From contig MU005962.1 of the NCBI GenBank assembly GCA_010093745.1, forward strand, positions 124,001 to 188,000: 64,000 nt of DNA, written 5' to 3'. Position numbers and translations under genes: made by a program. Within the stretch, counting starts at the first letter, position 1, and the number at the start of each line of letters is the position of its first letter. This document shows, piece after piece, positions 10,629-21,273 of this stretch. Source of the DNA: Piedraia hortae CBS 480.64 (taxonomy: Eukaryota). The notes under the pieces were generated by a model that saw only the letters and a program-made list of their open reading frames with translations, made no database searches and was not told the DNA's origin.

Positions 10629-11867
10629 CTAACCCCCTTCCCCCCCCGGCATAACCGCCCACTCCGGTCTAGGAGCTTCATACTCCCACCTTCCCCCCTC
10701 ATCTCTATACCTCAACGCGTGAAGATAAATCCCCAACTCATGGGGGCCTGGATCACTATACAACTCCGTGCCACAAACCTCACATTTCTCTCCCGTCAAC
10801 CTCTCAGCCATACGATTCTGATACTCTTCTCTCATTTCCGTTTCATACGCAACCGCATCCGCAACCTCTTCCTTTCCCATCTTAGACAGTCTAGTCATGA
10901 TATCCTCGTCATCGGAGTCGGAAGTACTGGCTTTCCCGAGGTTCGCGCCAAAGACGCGGCGGTTAGCGTAGATTGGGTCGTTGCTTATCGGATGGCCGAG
11001 GTATTGGAGATGGACTCTGATTTGGTGGGTTCTTCCCGTGAGGGGTAAACAGCGGACGATTGAGTAGGTTGGGAAGGATGCTTCGCGGATGAAGAGTGTT
11101 TTTGCAGATTTACCGGATGCACGAACGCGGTTGAGGCCGAGTTTGGGGGAGATTTGGAGGATTGGTTGGTCGCATGTTAGTGGACCGGGGGGGAAAGTGC
11201 CACGGACGCGAGCGAGGTATTCCTTTCGGACGGTGCGGGTTGTTAGTTGGTTTGTGAGGATTTCGGCGGCTTTTTTGTGCTTCGCGATGAACATCACTCC
11301 GCTCGTGAGCCGATCGAGGCGGTTGCATGGGAGGGGATTCCAACCTGGGGCGGCTCGCTCCGCTCGCAGGATTTCGACGACGGAGTTGTAATTGTATCGA
11401 CCCGCCGGGTGAACGGGGACGCCGGCGGGTTTGTTTATGACGAGCAGGTCGTCGTCTTCGTGGATTATGCCGATTGGTTGGGCGGTTACGGGGGGTTCGT
11501 GACGGTGGAGGGTATGGGATATGATGTCGCCATTGCGGATTATGGTGGTTGCTGTGCCGGGGCGGCCGTTGATGTGGATTTTGCCATCGTTTATGGCGGA
11601 CTGGTAGTACCCCTCCGGTCGGTCGCGAAATTCAGAGGTGAAGATCTCGAGGAGGGGTTTTCCGCGCCAGCGCTCTTTGGCGTTCGTGTTGTAGGTGTAG
11701 TGATATGGTGCGACGCGGCGGAGTCCCGAATCGAAGATGTACGGACGTGGCCAGGGATCGCACGGCGTGGTTACGACTGCTGGTGTCGTGGTTTCTGCTT
11801 CAGTGTCCGGTTCCGCTGGCGCAAGGGTGGGTTGCGATAGGGGAGGGTCGAGTTTGGTTAGCGACAT
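10629..11867 (-). CDS. RluA-family tRNA pseudouridine-32 synthase (Rib2/Pus9-like, no deaminase domain)
   Basis: S4-like region, INKPAGVPVHP, catalytic NRLDRLTSG, TGRTHQIRVHLQYLGHPI and IYLHAL. First ATG is at 11867; the frame is open upstream to a TTG at 11987. Confidence 0.9.
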   Translation of the reverse strand: MSLTKLDPPLSQPTLAPAEPDTEAETTTPAVVTTPCDPWPRPYIFDSGLRRVAPYHYTYNTNAKERWRGKPLLEIFTSEFRDRPEGYYQSAINDGKIHINGRPGTATTIIRNGDIISHTLHRHEPPVTAQPIGIIHEDDDLLVINKPAGVPVHPAGRYNYNSVVEILRAERAAPGWNPLPCNRLDRLTSGVMFIAKHKKAAEILTNQLTTRTVRKEYLARVRGTFPPGPLTCDQPILQISPKLGLNRVRASGKSAKTLFIREASFPTYSIVRCLPLTGRTHQIRVHLQYLGHPISNDPIYANRRVFGANLGKASTSDSDDEDIMTRLSKMGKEEVADAVAYETEMREEYQNRMAERLTGEKCEVCGTELYSDPGPHELGIYLHALRYRDEGGRWEYEAPRPEWAVMPGGEGG

Positions 11868-12214
11868 GCTGGTTGGGATGTGCCCGCGTCGCTTAAGGTG
11901 CGCGATTATGCGCGCTGAGGGAGCCAGTGTTGGAGTGCGTCTTGGCGGAACAGTTGTTTGAGTGGCGTTCAAAGTGCATCGGTACAAATATCTCTGACTC
12001 CATCACATTCATTATGGTAAATATATGGCTAGTTACACACTTGGAAGACGATACATGTACGCTGGCTAGAAAGTCATTGATCCTCCTACACTTCATCATT
12101 TTGAACCCGCCGACTGTTGGTTCGCCGGGATAAGACGCGGCCTCGAAGCTTGGTTCTTCAGCACGGGCTTTACGCGTCCATCTTTGGGGATGTTTTGCTG
12201 TCCGTTTGAATTCA

Positions 12215-12784
12215 TCACCCAGTTCTTTGAATCGAGTTGCGGAACGAACTGTAGCTAGCGTCTGGTGGCGGTTCAATCGAGCTCCGTCTGTCGATCAAGT
12301 TCCTTGACGACGACACATCGGATATAGTTGACGCGAGAGGCTCAAGCTTGTAGTGATCGGCAATGCTGCTTTTGTCAATGTCGATGGTGTTAGCAGTCAT
12401 CGGTCGCACGTCACACACATTATTTTCGAGGAATGCTGGATGCGACATCAAGTGCTGCGGGAAGATTTCGGCTGAAGGGAGAGACGAGGGCATTGGGATC
12501 TGCCAAGACGGTACTTTACTGGACCGCGCTGACGCGCTGCCCTTCTTCGCCCCGGCTACCATAGACGCGTGTTTGGATGAGCGGATGGAGAATCTGGATT
12601 CCTGGTAGATCTGTGGTGGCCAAGGGACTTTGCTGGGTGACATGGAAACCTCGACGGGGTCGCCATCTTGTCGTCGCCGGCGGAGGAGTATCCAGCATAC
12701 AATGCCAGCAATCAACAAACAGACCAGCACCAACGCAATGACGGCTCCAATGACAGCTGGATGCATTACAATCGCCCCGATCAT
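12215..12784 (-). CDS. Hypothetical single-pass membrane protein
   Basis: One N-terminal hydrophobic helix (VIGAVIALVLVCLLIAGIVCWILL), an RRRR stop-transfer and a Ser/Pro-rich tail; 189 aa. Confidence 0.6.
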   Translation of the reverse strand: MIGAIVMHPAVIGAVIALVLVCLLIAGIVCWILLRRRRQDGDPVEVSMSPSKVPWPPQIYQESRFSIRSSKHASMVAGAKKGSASARSSKVPSWQIPMPSSLPSAEIFPQHLMSHPAFLENNVCDVRPMTANTIDIDKSSIADHYKLEPLASTISDVSSSRNLIDRRSSIEPPPDASYSSFRNSIQRTG

Positions 12785-13844
12785 CCGCCAACTCGCTTCA
12801 TGAGGTAAAGAATGGCGATTCGAGTTGGGACAACCTCTATTGACCCGTCCGAAAAGATTTCTACCAAACAGTGGGGGATGCGGATCATTTCATACGACTG
12901 GGACTGGGCAATCAAAGTGCTGCCCAAGCCCAACGGCGAAGGTCAAACTGTGATTGAAAGCCGATAAGAAACGTCTCCGCGCCCAATGCTTTTTGGCTAC
13001 TGGATGTCCAGGAAACGGCCATCTGGGGAAGATAGGGTTCCCGGTCCATCGTTGCGCCATGTCGGCCTTCCTCATCCCGTCTTGCTTCTCTTCATCAGTC
13101 TGCGACGCTGCATGTTCGCCGATGTGCCGGTACTAGCACGCTCGTGGCGCCGACAATCTACGAACCCAGACCAGGGTGGGTGCCACGGTTCACCAGGTCC
13201 CCGTTCCAAAATAACCTCACAGGCCTATCGTGCTCGAGGAAGCCGAACTGAGGCCAGTGCTTGCCGTTTCGAATAAACGGGCCCGTGAACTGAAAGTGAC
13301 AGGATCTTGGTCCCGCCAAGATTACGACCCGTTCATGCTCGAGTTTATCCAGCGCTAGCCAAGAACTTGGAACTCCTTTGAGTGGCTGGTGGCTGTGCAA
13401 CGGAGATGCCGATCATTGACTGCGACATACAGAAGGAACCCACTGCAGTTCTGCCGGTGTCACCTTGCACTCCTGGCCAACTGAGAACAGTGTCATAGAC
13501 CACATGCAGGTTTCTTGGCACTGCCAGTCTGCACGCTAGGCTGGGGCCGGTCCGTCATGCGTGTAGTGTATTGAACAACAAAGAACAAGTCACAAAAGCC
13601 ATGGAAGTTACTTACGACTTGTGGGGGTGCAAGTTAAAAGTCACGATTCTCAGGTTCGAAGTGGACCGTGGACAAAAATGCCCTGCCAAGACACCAAGTC
13701 CCTCTCCAACATGTGACTGGTGATGCTAACGCCCACGTGTGATCACGACATCATGCTCGATGATGCCATGTTCCCCACTTTAAGCCAGCCGACGTGTACC
13801 CCCTTTCTCCTCTCCTCTCTTCTACCAATTTTCTCTCTCCAAGG

Positions 13845-14465
13845 ATGTCGGGATACAACGATTACAACCGCGATCAAGGCTACGGTGATCGGCAGTCTGG
13901 CTACGGTGGCCAGGGAGGATATGGAGATCGCCAGGGAGAGTATGGGCGAGATGAGTATGGCCGTAGGGATCGTCAGGGCGAGTATGGTCGGGGAGACCGT
14001 CAGGGAGAGTATGGTCGAGGCGAGTCTGGTCGCGGAGAGTCTGGTCGTGGAGAGTACGGCAACCAAGGCTACGGTGGTGACTCTTATGGAGGAGATCGTC
14101 GAGATGGCGAATACTCTCGGGGCCAATCTAATGACCAATAGTAAGTGGCCAGTTTGACGCTTATAGGCCAGCTAACAATGCCCAGTGGCCGACAGGAATA
14201 TGGAGACCGTGACAGTGAGGAGCGTGGCTCACGCTTTGGACACAAAGACTCTGAGCATGACAAGAAGAAAAAGGAAGAACACGAAGGAGGAGTCATGGGC
14301 GCTATTGCAGGAGGAATCGCCGGCGCCTTTCTGGGGAGCAAGGCCGAGGAAGAAATGAAGGAATACCGCCATGAACGTGAATCGGGGCGCGAATCGGGGC
14401 GCGAATCGGGGCGTGAATATGGGCGTGAATATGGGCGCGACAATGACCGCAATGACAGGTACTAG
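13845..14465 (+). CDS. Gly/Tyr/Arg/Asp/Glu-rich repeat protein with shortened glycine zipper (paralog 1); exons 13845..14140 and 14186..14465, 191 aa
   Basis: Starts MSGYNDYNRDQGYG. The 45-nt intron (GTAAGT..GCTAAC..CAG) keeps the frame. Carries [21 protein letters not shown] and is homologous to the genes at 15339 and 23995. Confidence 0.85.
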
Positions 14466-14589
14466 ATGCGGTATCCATTGCTACGGTATTCCTACGATTG
14501 GAAGATGAGGCTATGATGATTGAGTTAGACCAGAACGACGTTTTGATGAACATATCATACAATAACACCTCTCCTTGTGAAAGTCTTTG

Positions 14590-14730
14590 CCTGCATCGAG
14601 GTGCCCTCCGACGGGTGAGTTTCCTGAGGGACGAAGGCGGCAAGAGACTTGGGAATTGGCTACCATACAACCCAGGCCTCAACTTCATGGAGCAGATCTG
14701 GAAAGGTCTATAAGAGTGGATCAACATTGA
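14590..14730 (+). mobile_element. Short Tc1/mariner transposase relic
   Basis: Translates FLRDEGGKRLGNWLPYNPGLNFMEQIWKGL*EWI, a degenerate WPPYSPDLNPIE motif. Confidence 0.7.
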
Positions 14731-15338
14731 CGCAAACACAGACAACAACGGCTATTAGCTCAGTCATTCTCTAGGTCCTATTCATTACCACATTTGATGT
14801 GATGCCGCGGGGTAGGGTAACTTATATGCATCAGGGCTGAGTTGGAAGGGTCTCGAACTTCAGGCTTTCGTGACCGCACAAATCTAATACTAGTACTAAT
14901 ACTGGCTATTTATGCAGCTGTCTAGAAGTTTGTATCCATCAGTCCTGTAGTAGATTGCGAATTCGCACGTGGTGGGCTTGTTTGAACGTGGGGGCGCCCC
15001 GCGGTGGGGCTAGACTTTCCGCCATGACTGTGAACTTCACTGATAGCTGTGACAGGGCAATCCCGCTGCGCACCGGTAGAAACAAACAGCAATAGAGCAA
15101 ATCACGATCCTTCGGGTTGAAGTGAACAAAGCCACAAGATCCCCTGTCCGTTACTTGGTCTCATCTCTTTGACTTGTGATGCTAGTAGCATCACCATTCA
15201 CGTTAGGAACGCCGCCGGCGGCACCATGCTCAATGATACCGCGTGACCCACTTTAATAGCCAGCTTACGCGTCCCCCTATCCTCTTCTTTCGCCTCTCAT
15301 ACTCGTGTACAAGATCTTCTTCTTGTTCAAACCAAACC

Positions 15339-15920
15339 ATGTCGGGATACAACGATTACGACCGCGATCAGGGCTACGGCTCGGGTCAGCAAGGTTACGG
15401 CGACCAGCAAGGCTATGGAGACCGCCAGGGAGGGTCTGGTCGTGGGGACTATGGTCAGGGTGACAACCAAGGCTATGGCCAATCTCAGCAAGGAGGCTAT
15501 GGTGATTCTTACGGTTCTGGATATGATCAGCAGTCCTCCCGTGGAGATCGCCGCGAAGATGATTACTCCCGTGGCCATTCCAGTGACCAATTGTAAGTAG
15601 CTACTTTAACGCTTATAGGCCAACTAACCATCATCAGCGGCCAACAAGAATATGGGGGCCGTGACGATCGTGGTTCAGGCTTTGGGCAGCAAGACTCTGA
15701 CTATGGCGACAAATCCGGTTCGGAAAAGAAAGAACACGACCGGGGCATCATGGGCGCTATTGCAGGCGGAATCGGCGGCCACGAGCTAGGTGAGAAATAC
15801 GGACATGGTATCATGGGGACCCTCGCCGGCGCCTATCTGGGAGATAAGGGCGAGGAAGAACTAAAGGAACATCACCGTGAACGCGAAGAAGAGCGCAATG
15901 ACAGGGACGACAGGTACTAG
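15339..15920 (+). CDS. Gly/Tyr/Gln/Asp-rich protein with glycine zipper (paralog 2); exons 15339..15592 and 15638..15920, 178 aa
   Basis: Starts MSGYNDYDRDQGYG, with a 45-nt intron at the same position and phase as its paralogs. Exon 2 has [41 protein letters not shown]. Confidence 0.85.
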
Positions 15921-16559
15921 ACGCGTTCTCGTTGCTATGGTATTCCTACGGGTCTAAAGTGGCGTTATGAAGATAAGTTAGAGTAGAATGACTCTATGAT
16001 GAACCTATCCTATCATATAGCTGTGTCACTCCGAGAGTTGGGAGAGACTCTCACAAAATCTGTTCCTCGCGGCTGCATGTGCACGCGCACGCTGTTTTAG
16101 AGCGCTTCGCTCCCAGCACAAACCCGAGTTTGCCTGACAAACCATAGTTTCTATCGGACTTGCAACCGCTGTCGTGAACGTCACTGTGATGGTGGGCGTA
16201 AGAAACGCCAAGAACGCGGGCGCGCACTATTCCCCAAAATCCTCAAAGAGTTAACTGCAAGGTCCTGACTTCAAGGACGAGACTAAAACCTCGAAGGAAG
16301 ATTACTGTAGCTGTCATGATTACCGTGGGGACCCCCTCTCTGCCGAAACGTCTGCTGTTGCTCAAGCATGGAGTCCACGCAGAGTTCCTGCAAACCACCG
16401 ACATATACAACAATGCCACGGCACTGCTCGTATCAACCAGCTCAGGTCTACGTCCGAGAGCGAGCAATGTCCCTGCGCTAAGAACGGATGCTAAGGTGGC
16501 ACTTTTCAGCGGTGCCTCAACCTAGGTCCTCGGTATCTCAATTACAGACAACGGTCGAC

Positions 16560-16808
16560 CGACCCCATCGCAATACCTTGCACTGGTCGTCTGTCAAATG
16601 CAAGCGTGTGACAAGTAGTGTCGTCGCGTCAGAAGCGTATAGAATGACGCACGGTGTGGATATTGGCGCTCCGCGCATCCTCACGGACAAGTTGGGTCTC
16701 CCCCTTGTTGTCTGCATAAACTCCCTATCTCTGTACGGATGCATAGTAAAGCTGGATACTGCAAAGGAAAAGCGACTGATGATCGACATCATGTCGATTC
16801 GGCAAGTT
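16560..16808 (+). mobile_element. Ty1/copia RNase H fragment
   Basis: HWSSVKCKRVTSSVVASEAY..HGVDIG..PLVVCINSLSLYGCIVKLDTAKEKRLMIDIMSIRQ matches the fungal copia RNase H pattern. Confidence 0.85.
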
Positions 16809-16839
16809 TGCTTCCTGCGTGTTCCGGTAGAATGAGTGC

Positions 16840-17612
16840 CTACATGGGGCATGGTGTCACCAGAGCTTCGTATTCCATGGCCAGCTTTACCATCTCCGAG
16901 GGCCGTTGCAGTGCACCTCTGTGCCGTGCTTCGCGTAGGTCTATCTGGGACATCAAGACAAGACTGGACTGATGGCATCTTCCACCGGTCATTCGGCAAC
17001 CTGTTTGCTTTTGATGCCGCAACAGCGATGACGGCCCCGAAGACCAAGCGAGGATGCCATTCTTCGAGGATATTCGCGGGAATGATGGTCTCAGACTATG
17101 CCTCAGCGATCGACGCATTGCACATATTCAGCTTAGAGCATGGCTTTGAGGTGTGGTGGCGATCGGCTAGGTCTGAAGCGCAATGCGCTGATGAACGAGC
17201 TCAAACCTCATTTTGGGCCGTGCCTGGGGTTTATCTGGACCATCGAGTACCAAAAGCGTGGTTTGCTGCACGTCCACACCTACCTCTTCCTTTCCAGGGA
17301 CGTGCAATTCCACGATCCTGCCGTTGATGACGATTTCATTCGTGCACCTGCCCGGATCCCGATGGAAGTTTCATGCAGATCATCGATTCGGTGATGATTC
17401 ACGCCACTTGTAATGTCATAAACCCAACGCGCCGTGAACGGAAAAAGAGCAAATACGGTACATCCGTAGCATCGGTGACGGCGAATGATCACAAGGTTCG
17501 CGAAGCCATTGATATGGGCAACGAATGGGCGGTGCCCTACAACCCCCAGCTCATCCTTCCGCTCACGTCGATGATCGCGAGCCTATTGACGCTGTTTCTT
17601 ACATTCACAAGT
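16840..17612 (+). mobile_element. Helitron Rep fragments (internally deleted, frameshifted)
   Basis: FHGQLYHLRGPL (~16873), the HUH motif IEYQKRGLLHVH (~17242), NEWAVPYNPQL (~17520) and DAVSYIHK (~17590), in the expected order. Confidence 0.85.
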
Positions 17613-17619
17613 CCTGTAG

Positions 17620-18350
17620 CGAGGGGGTTTATGAGGCTGTATCGAACAGGCCCTGCGGTCCCAACACTGAAGGCATTCGAAGAAGCACGAGCAGCTCTCC
17701 TTGCCAGAGCTAGGCGGGGAGACAATGCCTCACAATTCATTTATCCGACAGTGGTTGAGGCAGATACGCTAGGTGTTCCTATATCAGCCAGGCCAGGTTC
17801 CGACATCGCAGCTGCCGCACTGGATATTGCGGAAACCTGGTTGGGCCTGGTCGGTTATTTGAACAGCCAATGGCGGCCGCACTAGGATTCGTGTGTCAAG
17901 GCTTTGACGAATCGTAATCGGAGAGGGCTTCCATGGTGGTATGAAAGGGTGGCTGGTCCCTTCGCAGAATGACTTGCTCACCTTCTTTATAAAGATGACG
18001 CCGTATTTCGAGCTTCCGACTGGCCGGTATGTGTTAAAGTAACGGTGGCCGTTGTTGAAGCCTTATATCTGGACGGGACTAACTGGAATATTAGGTATGT
18101 TCAGAAGCTAGGCGAGTCGCAAAGCTCAACTCTGGCCCGGTTCACGGACAAACGCTTATACCTGGGCCTTGCGCCTTGCGTTACAGCTAGGGGGCTGAAG
18201 TTGGTTGTAGCAAGAACAAGCTGCATAACGAGTCACGGCAGCCTGGATATCGGAGGCCTGCATGCACCGGTGTTTTCGAAGGAACCCTTGGTCTCATCAG
18301 TTGGAGCCCTTTCTTGACGAGAACGGTCCAGTCTTGACCCCAATCTGGTT
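17620..18350 (+). mobile_element. Mutator-like (MULE) transposase C-terminal relic
   Basis: IAETWL, GEGFHGGMKGWLVPSQNDLL (~17920, catalytic-Glu region) and ACTGVFEGTLGL (~18260, SWIM-like); many stops and frameshifts. Confidence 0.65.
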
Positions 18351-18816
18351 TAACAAATTTCATCACATATCTGGTGCGAAAATCCCTGAGTAGCCTCAGG
18401 GTGAGATTATTAATCAACGAAAACCTCGCCATGATATTCCTGAGTGGCAGAGGGACGCCATTGTCGCGAGGTACAACGCGGGGAAGGACCCGTCAAGATC
18501 TCCATTGCAGAAGGACTCCTCCAATTTACTGTGTCCAACATCATTTGTCGAGCAAAGCAGGGCAAGAGTGTGGAGAATAGGCCGAGGTCGAAGAAGGTCG
18601 AAGAAGGAGAATGAACGTGATGAGCGGGCGATACTACGTTGTGTCCGCCTAAAGCCCAAAATGACATACCAGCAGTTGATGCACGAAGCTGGGTTGCCCC
18701 TGAGCCGCCAAACGTACCGGCGAATTCTCCGAGCCTCTGGAATTGCGCATTGGAAGGCCAAGAAGCGTCCTGCCCTTGACCAGGAGACTGCCAACAAGCG
18801 ACTAAGATGGGTAAGG

Positions 18817-19120
18817 TGTGGGAGGGGTAAACCTCCGAGGACTAAAGCGGAACGTATATCAACGACAAATGTGCGCACTCAACTTTGGCTAGAAGGTGAA
18901 TGTAGTTGTCTATCTCTATGTGAGGCGAGGTTCGAAACCTTCTCCACACTACCTCAGTCTAACCGCATTCGCCAGGACAACGTGGGCGAACCATGCCCTT
19001 AAGCATGAACGAGACAATGATCCGTCCCAGGGAAAACTTCCTCTCTAGCGGTAAAAACCCTGAGAAGTTTTGACTTCTATCTGAAGTTCTGGTCATGGTG
19101 GATGCCACATCCTTCTGACA
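18817..19120. mobile_element. Solo LTR (304 bp) inserted in the Tc1 transposase
   Basis: TGT...ACA termini with imperfect inverted ends, and a 5-bp TSD TAAGG (18812-18816) / CAAGG (19121-19125). Removing it restores W-A-R-Q-H. Confidence 0.8.
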
Positions 19121-19254
19121 CAAGGCAGCATCAAGACACGGACTGGGCGTCCTGGATATTCTCGGACGAGTGCTCCGTTGAAAAGGGGACTGGAAAGAAG
19201 CCTGAGTGGGCTTTCGGAAATTCAGACAACAAGTTGGATAAGGACTTTGTCCAA

Positions 19255-21273
19255 GGGACGAGAAAACGCCGAGCTATGAGGTAGCAGCGGAAGGAGGGCG
19301 TAACTTCTCGGGACGCCCGCAGGACCTCCCTGCGTTCCTAATCCACGTTAGGTTAAAGGAGTTGCTAGACAGCGACTTGCGGTATCCCACTATTAAGTGC
19401 GCTTACGCCGCGAATCAATTGGCGGGGAAAGGCGACATGCGCGAAGAAGACATCAAGGCACTGGATCAGGCTGTTGCGGCCCTTGACAGCATCGCACGCC
19501 ATCCAAGCGAGGTCACCTACCCACCCGCCCTCTCGCCTCCCATCCCAGGCTTCGAAGTCCGTCATGGTGCCTTCTGCTGCCGAAAGTGCCAGCATGTCAT
19601 GCGGAACTTGCACCATATGAAGGCCCACTGCCGGAATCGACATGGTTGGAAGAGTTCACAACGTCGAGGAGGCGGCAAAAACCGCAGCTCGACCCCTGCA
19701 AACGCATTATGGGACGTTGTAGATTACCAGTTGTTCTTCGAAGGGCCATGGGAGAAGATCCTGGCCGTGGCCGCCGACGACGACGACGCAACATCATCGG
19801 AAGGAACATCGGTACACCCGGGGGGCAAGGCCGCTTTCCTGGAGAGCCAGCTGGGAATCGAGGAGCAACTGGACCGCGAGGAGCGGATCTACTCTGACCG
19901 AATCACCCAGCCGTCGAAGACGGAGACGATTCCCTGGATCCACCACCTTGGGTGGGATACGGCCCTCTGCGGGTGTCTAAAATCCGAGTGTGCGGATGCA
20001 GTTCGCATCCCTGGCCGGGAAGAAGACGAGGAACTTGCGCCGACCCTCGACGGGTTCGAGCGTCTTTGCCGCTCCATACACAAGCAATGCTTCCGTGGGA
20101 ACGAACACTTCAAGCTTTCCTACCAGTGCCAGAAAGAGCTCGCACATCTTCAGGATACCCATGTCGACGAGCGCGGGGAGGTACAGCTGTTCGAGCCCGT
20201 GCTGGACGTAAAGACGTGGCCCAACTATCTTGCCGTCGCCAAAAGCTTCCTATCGTTCTGGCACAGGGTCGTCGCCGGCAACGTTGTGTTCGACTTCGTC
20301 CCCGGCGATTACAACGGCCTTGACCCGAAGTCTACGTGGGTTGTGACCGGCGACCACCGCACGGCATGGCAAGATGTCCTGGCCGCAGCCAACGGGGACG
20401 ACCAAAACGGGCTCGAGCAGTCCCTGCTGGAGTTTTGGAACGCCATAATCAGCTGCAGCGTCGGCGCCAACGAGCTCGAGTCGCCCGCCGTGTCCTTCTT
20501 CTGCCTCAACGCCGTGTCGGAGACGAAGAGGACGTGGAAGAAAGCCAACGAACTAAATCCCAAAACGTCTGCATTCATCTGGATCACGCAGTTGCTGATC
20601 TTCGGGAAGGCAGCGAGGGAGACTACCATCGAGAGCGACGAGGACCGTGACGCGGCGCGGGAAGACAAGGACTTTGTGAGGAGGATCAACCAAGTTTGCT
20701 CTCCGTACATGCGTTAGGGAAAGCACGCAGGAGTGGTTTCTCCGCACTGCTCCTGTTCGTCTCTTTCTCCTACAGAAATGGAGTGCCTTGGAGGCTGCTC
20801 TTTCTGAAGTGTTTGAAGAAACTGATGAAGTGCGCCAAGCTCAGGCGCAGTTGCGCATTACTCGCTTACGCCACAAGACCACTGTGCCGGACCTTATCTC
20901 GGAGCTTGACTCACTTGCCGACCAGCTGAACTGGTCAGTCCAGACGCGTTAGCTTTCTTTTATCAGGCATTGAAACCTGCTGTTCGCCTCGCACTCATAC
21001 ACTCTGATACATCCACCTACGAGGCCCTTAAGGAGAACGCCAAGCGAGTGGAAGCCCTACAAGACCTTGCCAAGGGCGTTGCCGACGGACCAACCAACCG
21101 AGGCCAACGTCGCAGCAGCAAACGTAAGGGCGGACATCAGAAGTGCAACCGGTGCCACCGCACGGGACATCAAGCGAAAGACTGCTACGTGAAGTCAACG
21201 CAGGAAGGCAAGCCTATTAACCGTATTTCGGTGGCCGGCGACGACGCGCAAGGTGCTGAGCGCATTCCCGTAA
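19255..21273 (+). mobile_element. Ty3/gypsy-type gag coding fragment without LTRs, in two parts (19255..19431 and 20724..21273)
   Basis: FSGRPQDLPAFL..IKCAYAANQLAGK, then QEWF..AQLRITRLRH..FFYQALKPAVR and the CCHC knuckle CNRCHRTGHQAKDC. Flanked by CCAA direct repeats (19251-19254, 21274-21277). Confidence 0.8.
19432..20716 (+). mobile_element. DUF3505/OrsD-like zinc-finger fragment resembling the N-terminus of fungal telomere-linked RecQ helicase elements, inserted in gag
   Basis: PPIPGFEVRHGAFCCRKCQHVMRNLHHMKAHCRNRHGW..W..VDYQLFF and ETIPWIHHLGW. The frame is open throughout and flanked by GGGAAAG repeats (19425-19431, 20717-20723). No helicase motifs are present. Confidence 0.65.

Noticed and set aside
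14138..14145. Stop codon at the 5' splice site of all three glycine-zipper paralogs, read as a regulated short isoform
   Set aside because: Any phase-2 GTAAG intron gives an immediate in-frame stop; not evidence of regulation without intron-retention data.
16030..16470. Possible minus-strand helicase motif III (GVPTVIMTAT)
   Set aside because: A single short motif with no convincing DExH or other motifs nearby, so left unassigned. If real it would weaken the unistrand argument.
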